The translations under genes and the position numbers were made by a program. A stretch of 64,000 bases of DNA, from the NCBI GenBank assembly GCA_965202585.1, contig OZ241832.1, forward strand, positions 55,366,001 through 55,430,000, written 5' to 3'. Numbering within the stretch: position 1 is the stretch's first letter; each line of letters opens with the position of its first letter. A model generated the notes under the pieces. It was given only the letters and a program-made list of their open reading frames with translations. It was not told where the DNA came from and did no database searches. Shown one piece after another: positions 39,901-51,510 of the stretch. This DNA is from Thalia democratica (Eukaryota).

Positions 39901-42900
39901 GTTGCCGGTATTGTTTCTACGCTCGGATACTACTATGTTCAGGTAAATAAAATAAACTTAATAATTTCAAAATAATAAGCAAAGAATTCAATATTCTTTA
40001 AAGTGTATAAAACAAACTAAAAGTTTTTAATACAAAGTTAATATTTTTAATTTTCTTGAAAAGTTGGCAATTTTTTTGCCACCGAATTATATTGCTTTGA
40101 AAAGTTCGTGAATAGAAATATTTAAATTGCAAAAAAATATTTAAATAACCTCTTTACATTCCAGTAAATGAATGAGAAGAGCAAATCTTTGAGCATTCTT
40201 TTTTAGTTAAGGCAAATAACTATATACTACAAAGTTCAATAGTAATATACTTTAATAACTACTACAAAAATGTATTAGTTATTTATAATAAATCACCTTT
40301 TAATTTGTTTTTACATTTATAAAAAGTATTTCGATTAAGCAACTAATGCTGATATCAAAAAAAAAAAGTAGAACATTTTTGTCTTTTGTAGACGATATTT
40401 TTTTACTTATAGCTTTTGATCTCAAAAATAAACATAAGTCATAGAAGTAGATTACTTTAAATATAATTTTTAATTAAGTTCTGTTTTTCTCTGCAATGGT
40501 TGATACAGAATATAAAATAATTTTGTACAAGTTAAACAAAAAACTACGCGATAAAAGTTAAAAATAAAGCACCATGGTACATCTAAAGTTATTTTTTTTG
40601 TGTTACAATTACAAAATCTGTAATTACAAATCTTAGTTGTTTTGTTCAACATTTAAAATATCCTTAAAGCAACATACTTAAAAGTCTAAGTACTATAAAG
40701 TATAACATTTGTACTTGATTACATAAAACAAATGTTACATCAAAACATATGTTCAGCACCCATCAGCATTAAAAGCTTTGTTTTTTTTTGCATTAGTAGC
40801 TACTAAACACCTATAAGTTTAAGATTCAAAGTAAATAAGCAGTGACTACTTTACAGCCACTTCTTCAGAAGAAGATAGGTCTCCACGACACTTGCGGAGT
40901 GCACAATCTTCACGGGATGCCCGGAATCTTAGGAGCCTGCATCAGTGCAATACTCGCATCTCTCGCCACTAAAGAACAATACAAAGATAGGTAGGTTGAA
41001 TTAAGTTAAATAGGTTGAAGTTTATTTAACAAATGTATTTTACGCTATACAAACTTACAGTTAAGGTTTATTTCTGATTTAGTACCATTGAAACTAACTA
41101 AATATTTTTTTTTGGTGTTTTTTTAGTTTTTACTCAAGTTTAACTTGGAAGATGCTAAACATAAAAACGAAACATGTTATTTGGTCACGTTTAAATTTCA
41201 GCTACGAAATACTGATCAAACGCGAGGATCAAGCCGCGTTCCAAATCTACTCGCTGGTAGTCTGCATAGCACTCTCCCTAGTGACAGGAGCAATAACCGG
41301 ATTGATCATGTCACTTCCGCTGTTCGACAGAATGAATCATGACGAATTGTACGAAGACCAAGTGTTTTGGAAGGTAAATAGTTCGGAATACGTAAAAGTA
41401 AATTGCATTTAGAATTGACATGTTAACGTTTTCTTTTAAACTTTAATTAAGACTGATTTGTTTTACCGTTAGGTGTCAGTTTAGAGAAAAACAGAAATTA
41501 ATAATTTTACCTTTACCTTAAGAATGAACTTTTAATACAGCTAATAAGTGCGTACTAGACAGGAAGTACGAACCTAAGTAGTACAAGTCTAAATAATAAA
41601 TTGCACTTCGACTTTAAAATGTTTGGTTTTATTCTCTGGTAAGTATATTTTATTATGATTTTTAAACTTTTTTTTCAATACAATTAGTTCGGTTCAAATT
41701 TAGAAGTTACGTATGTTTTAGCTGTTTGATAGGAATTTCTAAAGTAATGATTTTTTTTTATTTGCGTACATAAAATGCTAATAAATGCAGAAGTTAGGTA
41801 AGAACTGTAAAAAAAACTGTACAATTCAAAGGTGCATTTTATATTATAAAGCTTACTTTCTTGTGACCAGTTTCCGCTATATTTCATATAAAGGCTCAGT
41901 ATTTAAACAAATAAAAATCTTAAAAATTATAAAGCGTTTTTTTCTTCACACGGTTCTTTTTTGTAGAATTAAGTAGAAGTAATGATGCAGCAGGGTTTTC
42001 AACTGTAGTAGTACGGGAGTGTAATATAGTAGTACTGTTACTAATTAGTATAATGTTATTGGTAGACCTTATAAGAATTCTATCATCAGATTTAACAAGC
42101 GTTTTTATTTTGTTAACTAAACTGAACTCATAGACCTGTACAAGGATGTCTTGTAAGCCTCTGAAAAAATTTATGACTTTCTGTTATTGCTTTAGAGTTT
42201 TTACATGAACAAATGAAATTAAACCTTATACATCATCTTTAAGTTAATAAATTAAGCTAGCGTATCTATAAAACTTTAGCAAAAATTGCATAATAATACT
42301 CAATATAAATAAAAAAAAACAGTTAAAGATCGATTTGTAACAAAGTCACAACTTGTTTTATTTCGCAAAAATATACAACGAGTACTTTTTAATATGGTTA
42401 ACAAATTTTGCAAGTAAAAGCTTACACAAAATGAGTTAGACGCATAAGATAAGTTCAGCCGAAGTGTTACGCTAAACTAAGTCATCTGTTTATTGTTTTT
42501 TTTTCGGATTCTTATTCAAATTATCTATTTAATTTAATCACCTCAATAGCTCCAACTAACGGTAAATCTTGAAATTATGTTTTAAGTATCACAATGCAAA
42601 AATCAAAAGTTTATCGACTTGACTTTGTTTTTATTTATAAAGTTTTTTTGTTAAAATACCGTAGTATAATAAATATCTGAAAATTTAGTTTTAATCTATC
42701 GTTGAAAATGTAAACAGTTGCAAATATAGCAAAAAGCTTAAACTAAATTTAATGATTGAAACAGACGTAACACTAACGAAAATAATCTATATTTTATCTT
42801 TAAATATGACAACTTAACTTAATCTGTTTAAAATTTGTAAATCAAAAATACACAAATTTATTAAAATAATTTCTAATATTTTACAAGTTTTTTGTTACAG

Positions 42901-42957
42901 TGCGAAGAAAATGATGACATTGATGAAAACAAAACAGAACTTCAATCGATGGCTTGA
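33939..42957 (+). CDS. Rh50: Rh-family ammonium transporter (Rh50 glycoprotein, RhAG/RhBG/RhCG-like, SLC42), copy R; join 33939..33943, 34553..34716, 35179..35368, 35832..35982, 36582..36726, 37198..37361, 39805..39942, 40857..40990, 41202..41373, 42901..42957; 439 aa
   Basis: Same exon structure and motifs as copy L. Twin His (H181 in VIHIF, H338 in NLHG), Phe gate (F126 in ADF, F222 in LFLW), N-glycosylation sequons NNT/NTS in loop 1, acidic tail [18 protein letters not shown]. Confidence 0.92.
41541..41638 (+). other. Candidate stop-containing cassette exon in last intron of Rh copy R
   Basis: TTTTAATACAG acceptor, then CTA ATA AGT GCG TAC TAG, ending at CTG|GTAAGT. An alternative upstream acceptor (CCGTTAG, 41472) would give GTG TCA GTT TAG. 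Confidence 0.4.
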
Positions 42958-45900
42958 AAATCTTGGATGATTTTAATTTTTTTTTTTATAAGGTTTTAGC
43001 TAAATTTAAACAGTATGCTGTATTTTGTCTATCTCTGTTTAATATAAAGTAGAACGAATTACTAATATTTCTTTTATTAAGTTACAACTTACTTTAAATT
43101 CTTTTAATCTTGCAAAATAGACCGTTGTGTTTTCAGAAACATTTTTATTTGTTATTAAAAGTGTATTTTTAAAAAACTATAATTAACTTATTGTTTCTAA
43201 TATACGTAATTGAGAAACTATAATTTTAGAATAAAAACTCACTTACTTTTTAATGATTAAGAAAGCACTAACTAAACATAAAATTATAATTTGATATTAA
43301 AAAATTACCTTGCTATACTATAAATAGTTTTGAAAAATTCAAATAAAAACTTTAAAAATTCTTATAGAAACTTTTAAAAGGATAGCAAATAAATAAAAAC
43401 TTATTCGGAATTGTAATAAAGACGGAATTAAGTTATAACAAACTAAAAATATATTACACATTTAGTTACAAAAAGTCAAAAATTGAAACAATACTCATTT
43501 TTAATATTAATCATAAACACAATACTTAAAAAAAAAAACAGTTAAAGTATAATTTAATTAAAATTAAAAGTTTTGTTGTTGTGTTGTGTTTAACTTCTAC
43601 AAATTTTTCTTTTAGATATCAATGAATTATATAAAGATTTTAATTATTACAAGCAAAATTTATATAAAACAAACTATATATGAAATTAAAATTTAATGAG
43701 TAATATCTACGTTAAGGATATATTTAACTTAATGGTTATAAAATAATTTAGTACAGTATTATTTTTAGTTTTATAGACGTAGTCTGAAACTTGAAAGCAA
43801 CTATCGTTGTTACTTTTTAAACAAATGCTTTTACTTATCACTTTATATATAGACGTAAACTTAAGGCAATTTTTTGTCATTAGAAATATTTTTAAACAAA
43901 ATACTCAAGTGGAATTTCTCACGAGGTGGATTTTTTTTTAGTTTAAGCGTAAATATAAACTATTTAAAATGTTTAAACTGGTTTTAGAAAACGTTTTTTA
44001 AACTTTTTTTCTATAAATTAAAAAAAAATTGTTGTTATGAGCTTTTTAAAACTTTAAAAATATTAAAAATTAAAACATAATAACGCATAAATGCTTGAAT
44101 TTATAAAAAATAATATTTTTTCTATATATTCAAAAACAATTATTTATAGTTAAAATATGAACATACTGTTTCAAATTGATATGTCATTATAATAAAAAAC
44201 ATATGCTTTATTTGACATTTAAAAACAAACAATACACAGAAATTTGATTATTAACAATCAGCAACTTCTAGGTATTTTTTAATTGACGACGTAACTCATG
44301 ACCTGTAAACTTTTTGACATCAAAAAATATGTACTTGTTTATCTAATTAAACGAACAATAATTACTCAGAAAAACGTCTAAGTACTAGTCTATACTTTTT
44401 ATTAAATATAAAATTAAATGCCTAAGTACATTATAAAAATTGATTTTTAATAAGCTTAAAGAAATTTACTTCTTTTCATAACACTTTTCTGAAAACTAGA
44501 ATATCATAATAGTTTGTTAGAAATTATTTTGCTTACAAAGGTTTTTAACGTAATGTTATTTACAATGGTTCATTAAAGGTTTTTCACACCTGACAGTAGA
44601 TCATGTATTGTACTTGAACAAAAAGTTATAGTCACATACAATGTAATCAATTAAATAAACAATTATTTTAAAAATGTATTTTTTCTACTTGAATAACACT
44701 TGAAATAAATTGGTATAAAAAATATATAAATACCTAATTGTAAATTTCATTTGAATTTTTTTCTGCAATTCATGGAAATTTTTATAAACTTTGATGCACC
44801 CAAATATCATAAACATGTTTTTATTACATACGTAAGAACTCGTTGTTTTTTAGTTGTAAATTTATTTATACAGAATACGACGTTTGACACATGTTTTCAT
44901 AGTAATATAACTTAAAAACATCAATAAACAAATAGCTATTAAAAGTTCTTTATAGTTCTTTACTAATTCTATTACTAGCTTATTAAAAAATAATTGATAA
45001 AAACTTTAAAAACTTAAGCTTGTTAATTTCAACTTAAAATATTTCAAGGTAGTTCTCTTAATCTCTTAGTATGTTATTTAAAACATAATAAATAAAATGG
45101 TCAATAATAAACTTTAATTATACGGTCAAGTAACTGCTTGAATAATTTTTGCTTGAGAGATTGATTAAAAAGGCAAAACGTATTAATACTGACAAATTAC
45201 GTAGTTGAATCGGCTGATGTAAACTGATAGAAACTGTGTAGACTAATATACCATGTTCTGCTATAGATTAACGATTAAACTTTATATATGCTCTAAATAT
45301 GATCCTAGAATAAAATAATATTCCAAATTGTTTTTAAATAAAGAATGTAAACATCTTATCATTTGAAAAGAGAGATATAATTGGTTTTGATATTTATCTG
45401 TGGAAAATAAAAAGTATTGTGTTTTGTAAACTTAAATATTAAGAATTATTATGCACTATTTTTATATGCCTGCATAAAAAATATTACTTGTGTTTTAAAT
45501 TACACCTTTAAAAAAAAATACTAAGTGGAAACACTAATATAAAATATTATCATATATTAGAAACTGTCGTATAAATAGTTTTGAGTAATATTCTTACTGC
45601 ACTATATAAATAACTAACAAAAAGAAATTTGTAGTTGTTAAACACCCTTTAAAAGTCTACGTTATTTAAGTCTATTGTAAAAACTATGCAAACAGATATT
45701 AAAACCGAATCCAAACAGGTTCTGCATAGCTTGCAGTTTAAATTTGAGTTTATTTTCTTACACACTAAAACACGTCTTTTAAAAGGTTTAAGAAATATTA
45801 TTTTTTGGCAACTAAAAAATAAAAATTAAGTAAATAGCCTGAAATGTAAAACTCGACCATGAAATCAATTAAAACACGTATTTATTTTATACGCAGTACG

Positions 45901-46589
45901 TTTCGTAACACTTTGTATAGGAATTCACGTCGTTTACAATGTCGTAAAATTGTATGAACTGGATTGCATTGTTTGGAGTAATCTAATTTCTTATGCTTTA
46001 TCAAAATCAACTTAACCTTAAACTCATATTATTTTATTTTTACGGGAATTTTTTACAGTTTTCAATTGGAGTTAAGTAGTACTTAGTTAACAATAATTTA
46101 GTATGTTGAATATTTTTTTATAAAGACTTATCAAACTTGTGTTTAAAAAGTTTATCATCGGCATCTATGTACAAAAATTGTAAGTAGTTTAAAGTTTTTT
46201 TTTGTTTTAACAAAACGAAGTCTAAGACTTCTGATAATAAACTTTAGACTAAAATTGATACTTTTTTTCTAACAATTGTATTAAAGAGACGTTTAAACCA
46301 AGTTTTTAAGAGTCTGTATGACGAAATTCTATGCTTTTGAATACACAATTGGCTGTTAAAATATTTAATAAGATAAGTGTAGGTTTAACAATTGCAACTG
46401 AAGCAGTACACTTTTGTTATGATATAACTTGACACTAAATATCCTAAAATTGCTTATACAAATACATTTTTATAAAAGTCAAACAAAATAATTTTTTAAG
46501 GGAAATTATTGTTGTATGTATTTTTTCAAATTTTAAACTAGTACTTTCAAAGTTTAGTTTGATTTATTTAAGCTAATCGTAAATTATAT

Positions 46590-47260
46590 CTAAGAAATAT
46601 TGTAAAGTTGTATTCGATTGGTAAAATATTTTTTTGTCATCTGCGAAAAGGCTAATGTTGCTGCTAACATCAACTTCTGAAGTTATATCATTTAGAAACT
46701 TTTTAACTAATTAACCAGACAACTATAAATTTTGTATTGCAATAATAACTCGTTTTTTTTCAAATGGAGAGACAGAGTCAAAAGCTTTTACTCTGTATAG
46801 AAAACTTAGTAGACATATTGCTTAAATAAGGTACCAACCAAGAGTATTAGGAATCTAGTAATTGAAAACAGAACGTTCAGTTAGGGAGAAAACTAAATTG
46901 TTTAAGGAATATAAGGTTGTTAAAAACATAAGATGATCAAGTATTTTTATATAAATTATATGTTGAAAGATTCTGCCAAAGCTACTTGTCAAAAAAATTT
47001 TTATGTTATTTGGAGGGTTATAATTGCTACCTTTTTGTGTATTGGTATAACAAATAAATTTTCCATTGTTTTTGGCAGAGAACAATTAAAGATTGGTAAT
47101 ATATTTATAAATTATAGGATAAGTAGTACGTTTAATAAAATACGAAGGAATATTATCTGGTGTTCGTACCATTTTAATTTTCAATTAATTGATAAACTTA
47201 TTTATTTCATTATTGCTTACAAAAAAGTTTGCAGTTCTAGACTATTTTCACAAATAAGTT
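46590..47260 (-). mobile_element. Decayed non-LTR retrotransposon (CR1/L2/Jockey-like) reverse transcriptase fragment
   Basis: Minus-strand translation with stops and frameshifts gives TPDNIPSYFIKR, VIPIHKK (47031-47051), FLTSSFGRIFQHII..KILDHL, KAFDSV (46771-46788) and FLND...ISLFADD (46636-46647). The segment between KAFDSV and FADD looks shortened and the GVPQGS motif is missing. Confidence 0.85.
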
Positions 47261-47919
47261 AAAAAATTTTGTTTTTATTAACTTGTTAAATTCGTAAAGG
47301 CCTTATATAAAAATAAGGCTTTGTTATAATCAGATTTAATTGTAAAATTGTATTCGTTATACAATACTGAAAAAGCAAGAGCTATCTTAAGCTTAGATTT
47401 TTTTCTAAATTCTCACGCTAAAATGAAACAAAAAAAAAAAAAATAAACATCAAGTAAATCTCAAACACCTTTACACTTCATAAACTATCAATATTTTTTT
47501 TTTAATTTAACAATTGTTTAAAATTGAAATAAAATAAAAATATTTTTTTAACAACTATATAATGCTAATTTTAACATCAAGAGAATAAAAGTAAAAATTA
47601 ACACTTTAGATTCTTGTTTAAAAGCCTTAATAAATTAAGTTTATCTTTCTGTTTAAAAATTAACAAAATTCAGATTGTTTTTATTTAAAGTATTCAAAAT
47701 TGTTTTAATTTAAAATTAGAGTAGGTGTATTAATCTAGTTAATTTAAATAAACTAGCTTTAAATCATAATAATTATGAATTAATGTATTGTGGTAAGTTA
47801 TTATATTGTTTTACGTAAAACTTCAAATAAAAACTTTCAGTAAAATTTCACAATAAAACTACTATTTTATTCATTCGAAACAACTTGCGTTGTTTAATAA
47901 AAAATCGTCTAACTAAAAA

Positions 47920-48240
47920 TTAGAAGCGTGCAAAAGGTAAGCTCCGTTTAAAATTGACTGATTGTTGAAAATTTTCGCAGTTCATAAGTATATCAGTGAA
48001 AACATAACGATGTGCAAAAACGACGCTTTGCAAAAATATCGCCATGCAAATGTAACGTCGTCCAAAAGTTTTGACGTGTAAAAGTGTCCCCTCGTGCAAA
48101 AGTGACCCTCCGTGCAAAAGTGACGCCGTGCAAAAGTGTCCCTTTGTGCAAAAGTGACCCTCCGTGCAAAAGTGTCACCTCGTGCTAAAGTGACGCTCAT
48201 GCAAAAGTGTCGCCGTGCAAAAGTGTCCCCTCGTGCAAAA
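47920..48240. repeat. GTGCAAAAGTG minisatellite (~10 units of 16-18 bp, 48075-48240) within a probable MITE remnant
   Basis: Repeated CGTGCAAAAGTG(T/A)C units; looser copies extend back to TAGAAGCGTGCAAAAG at ~47921. Confidence 0.8.
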
Positions 48241-48243
48241 TTG

Positions 48244-48552
48244 TAAGAATTGTTTCATAGGTTTCATGTAAGAATCGATCAACATGTTCCGAAAGTCTTG
48301 AAAAGCTAGCTTGATGGCCGTTCTGAGAAACCAACGAAAAAATACTTCTGGGCGATTGGGCAACATTTGTTGGACAATCCTGAGTGTGTTTTGAATTATA
48401 AAAAGGACAATTTTTCAGTCTTAGTGAGAGCGGAGAACTCTTTTCAATTACATATTCTGAAAGCCTTATGTATTGAATCTTTAAGGCTCAGTTTATGTGA
48501 GCAGAAAAAGTTCGTATACCAAACTAGACTTTTTAAATCCATATATTTATAA
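48244..48552 (+). mobile_element. Penelope-like retroelement 3' end (GIY-YIG endonuclease C-terminal part), decayed
   Basis: One frame reads RFHVRIDQHVPK..(stop)..AIGQHLLDNPECVLNY...FSVLVRAENSFQLHILKALCI...LCEQKKFVYQTRLF, matching the HL..NP.C..Y / F.IL..A...F.L..LEA / LC.QK.FV..L.LF pattern of PLE endonucleases. Confidence 0.85.
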
Positions 48553-48792
48553 TTTTAAATTAATTAGTTTCTTGTTAAATTTTATTTTTAAATAGTTTTA
48601 TTTTTAAATTTTGTCGCTTGTTTATTTAGATTGTTTTAAATCTAACGAGTTTTACTAGTATACTAAATGTGTTTAGCATAAGCACTTATTTAATTTTTAA
48701 CATTTGATTATTACGTCATTTTATATCTTAAAACGTTTTAACTTCAGTATGATTTTATTTCAATTTGTATTCATTCTAATTTAATAAGAAAC

Positions 48793-48829
48793 TATTTCTG
48801 ATGAGCCTTACTACGAAAGTACTAAAATG
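48793..48829 (+). ncRNA. Minimal type I hammerhead ribozyme motif associated with the Penelope-like element
   Basis: TATTT-CTGATGA(48798-48804)-G CCTTACTA C-GAAA(48815-48818)-GTAC-TA-AAATG. The core is intact, stem I is TATTT/AAATG, stem III is the palindrome AGTACT, and cleavage is predicted after A48824. It lies ~240 nt downstream of the PLE ORF on the same strand. Confidence 0.75.
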
Positions 48830-51279
48830 AATTTAAAGAAAATGAAATGTATTTTGTTATATTTGTTAAATAAATTACGCACCGGAAAATAGCTGATCAA
48901 ATAATTTTGTATTATCACTGTAATTTAACTTTACAACTATACTTTTTACAAATTATTTATGATAATAAATAAATGAGACCACAATGATGTTCTTTTTTAA
49001 TGTACTATTTGGCTGAAAACTTTTTGTAACATCAAAAAGAAGCAAGTTTGTATCAGCAAGGTTTACAAAATTCAATAAATTCTGGCCTATTAAAGGTAAA
49101 ACTGTGAGAATATAATTTTAACCCGTTTAAGAAAACCTTCAAGTTAAACCAAACATGGTAGAATTTGCATCGAATTTGCAAAACTAATATTATATTACCA
49201 ATTTTTAAAATCGGTGAATAGTTTGTAATTTAGAATTTTGTTCGTGCATTTGTCCTTGTTTCTTGCGTTTCGGTTTTCGTTGTTGTAAAACTTTTGATAT
49301 TTTTTCAACCAATTAGCCAACTGCCTATCACAATTGCATTTTTTAAAGCTGTCTCTGTCTCCATCTCGTATTACTGTTTTGTTTTTAATATACCATTAAA
49401 ATGTTTTAATTAAATGCCTCAGCTTACAATTTTAAACTCTAACAACGCAATTTTTAACAAACATTCTTTTTTAGCCTTGTTACTACACTTACAAGCGTTT
49501 TTTTATGAAGTAAGAATACAAAAGATAAAGAAAAATTTATAAGATAAAACATTTGTTTAAATGTCTTCAAAACAGTATAGAATATCCATACATTTAAAAA
49601 GATAAGCATTTAAAACTTACTGCACGTATTAGTATTGGTTTTTTCATTGCATTTTGAATAGTAGCTCACTTTGTTATAGTTTTTCTTTATTTTATCATAA
49701 CATCTATCATGGTAGTAACATCCCCTTAAATTGTTAATAGTAACCAAGTTTTCTAGTTTAACATTAGTCATTTTCGTGGAAAAAGTAACAAAGTTGTTCA
49801 ATATTCAGTTACGAACTTTTAAATTTAAACTTCTACTAACTGTTCAAAGTACATCTTAAAAACTTTTGAATCTCTAGTTTAAAATCATCAGTGCTACTTT
49901 AAAGTATCATATAATTAAAAAGTATTGCAACTTTTTTATAAAACCTTCAATATTTATTGAATTTTTTTACTGTTGTTAACGTCACTTTTTATAGGTCGTT
50001 TTACATCTAGTTAATTGTTCATGTTCAAAAATCACAAAATAAAAACTGATCATAATCAACGTGAATACAAACACCATAAAACATTTTAAGCTAGAGCTGA
50101 AAAGATAAAAGACCAGTTAAAACTAACAGGTCAATAACGTCCAAAGGGTAGTTCAATCCCCCGACCCCGCAGTGACAGCCGTAATTATTGTAAATAGTCG
50201 CACTAATGGGGGCGCCCCCTAAAAAGTTCAAGTTCAACCCGCCGGTGGCGCAGTTGATCATCTTTCCTAAGTTCCAAGCATTTCTTTTGTGGCATGTCTT
50301 TACTTCCTGTTTGTATTTATAAACATATTACAAACTTATAAAATAAGTATAAAGTTTAATACATAATTTAAACTCGATTTTTACAAAATTGTTTGTTAGA
50401 GTGTAAACTTTGAAATCAAAGTTAGTAGAAGCAGGCAATAATCTCTAAATTTTCAGGTTTTTACATACTCTAACTATTTTGTTTTACCTAATTTTGACTG
50501 CAATGTTATATATTTTTTGAATGTCTATGAAACCTGTAAACTGTTTCAAAACTATTTTATTTCTTACAACTTTCTAATTTATTAATAAAACATTGTTTAA
50601 TGATTTTTGGTTGAGATCAACTTTTTATTGCAATAAACGTTAAATTTAAAATCTGTTGTAATTAGTTGATATTTAAATTGACTAAGTTCAAAACACTTTT
50701 AGTAAGACAATTAAATATAGTTCTAATTATAGCTGTAATAAGGTTTGTTAAATTAAAGTTGATAATTACCAAGTACAAACTTTCTAAGAACCATATTTAA
50801 CTTTTTTTATATAAAATTCTTTATAACCTCCTTCAATAATTAAAAGTCCTGTTTTGTTAGATTTTATATTGTGCAAAAGTATAAACTATAGAATAGGAGA
50901 ACTAACATTACTAGACAAAGAGGTTTTGATCGTTAAGACAAAAATAATCCACATCAAGAAACAAGATTTCTTTTTCATTACGAACTGTTTGTTTTTAAAC
51001 TTATGTTCTACTCTTTGGTTTTTTTTACTTTATTATTGAACTTCTATGATTTAGTTCATAGTTTACAAAGTTGCAATTTACAATAAATTTTTGAGCAGTT
51101 AAAAGTTGTATCTGTTTAGTAGTGATGTCATAATCAGTAGATCAAATTTTTTGATGAGTTATTTGAATAGCATATTATTATAATAAAGTAAAAATAGTAA
51201 ATTATTCTGACTTGAATAATCACTTATGCTTCGGTAAGCAGTCTTTGATAAGTCAGGGACTAATTAAAATTAGTTTGCG

Positions 51280-51510
51280 GTTCAAACTGTACAGTAAAAG
51301 TCTTCCGCGGGCCGCACAAACATAAAATAACTGTATTAACATATAAAGAACACTTTTATAACCAAATATGTAATAAAAAAAAAAAGAATAAAACACTAGT
51401 AGTTTGTATTCCTAGAGTTAACATGTTTTTTTGCTCAAGTTAGAAAACGTTTTAGCTGAAAATTACATTGCAGGCCGAAGATTTTCGTATGGTGGGTTTT
51501 GTATATTGCA
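51280..51510. mobile_element. Degenerate Charlie-like MITE remnant
   Basis: CCGCGGGCCGCAC and GCAGGCCG motifs in an otherwise AT-rich background; ends not resolved. Confidence 0.3.

Larger units (their letters stand above)
32359..46551. repeat. Right arm of ~35 kb inverted segmental duplication
   Basis: Reverse complement of 11345-29205 minus the hAT insertion and extra tandem units; homology is lost at ~46551-46580 where a LINE remnant begins. Confidence 0.95.

Noticed and set aside
41473-41484. VSV* as the constitutive last Rh exon
   Set aside because: A better terminal exon (42901-42957, acidic tail, identical in both arms, strong acceptor, phase 0) exists; VSV* is kept only as a possible alternative.
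47920-48200. Repetitive ORFs (HGDTFARR.., LHKGTLLH..) and 55872-/55974+ ORFs
   Set aside because: Translations of minisatellites, open in several frames.
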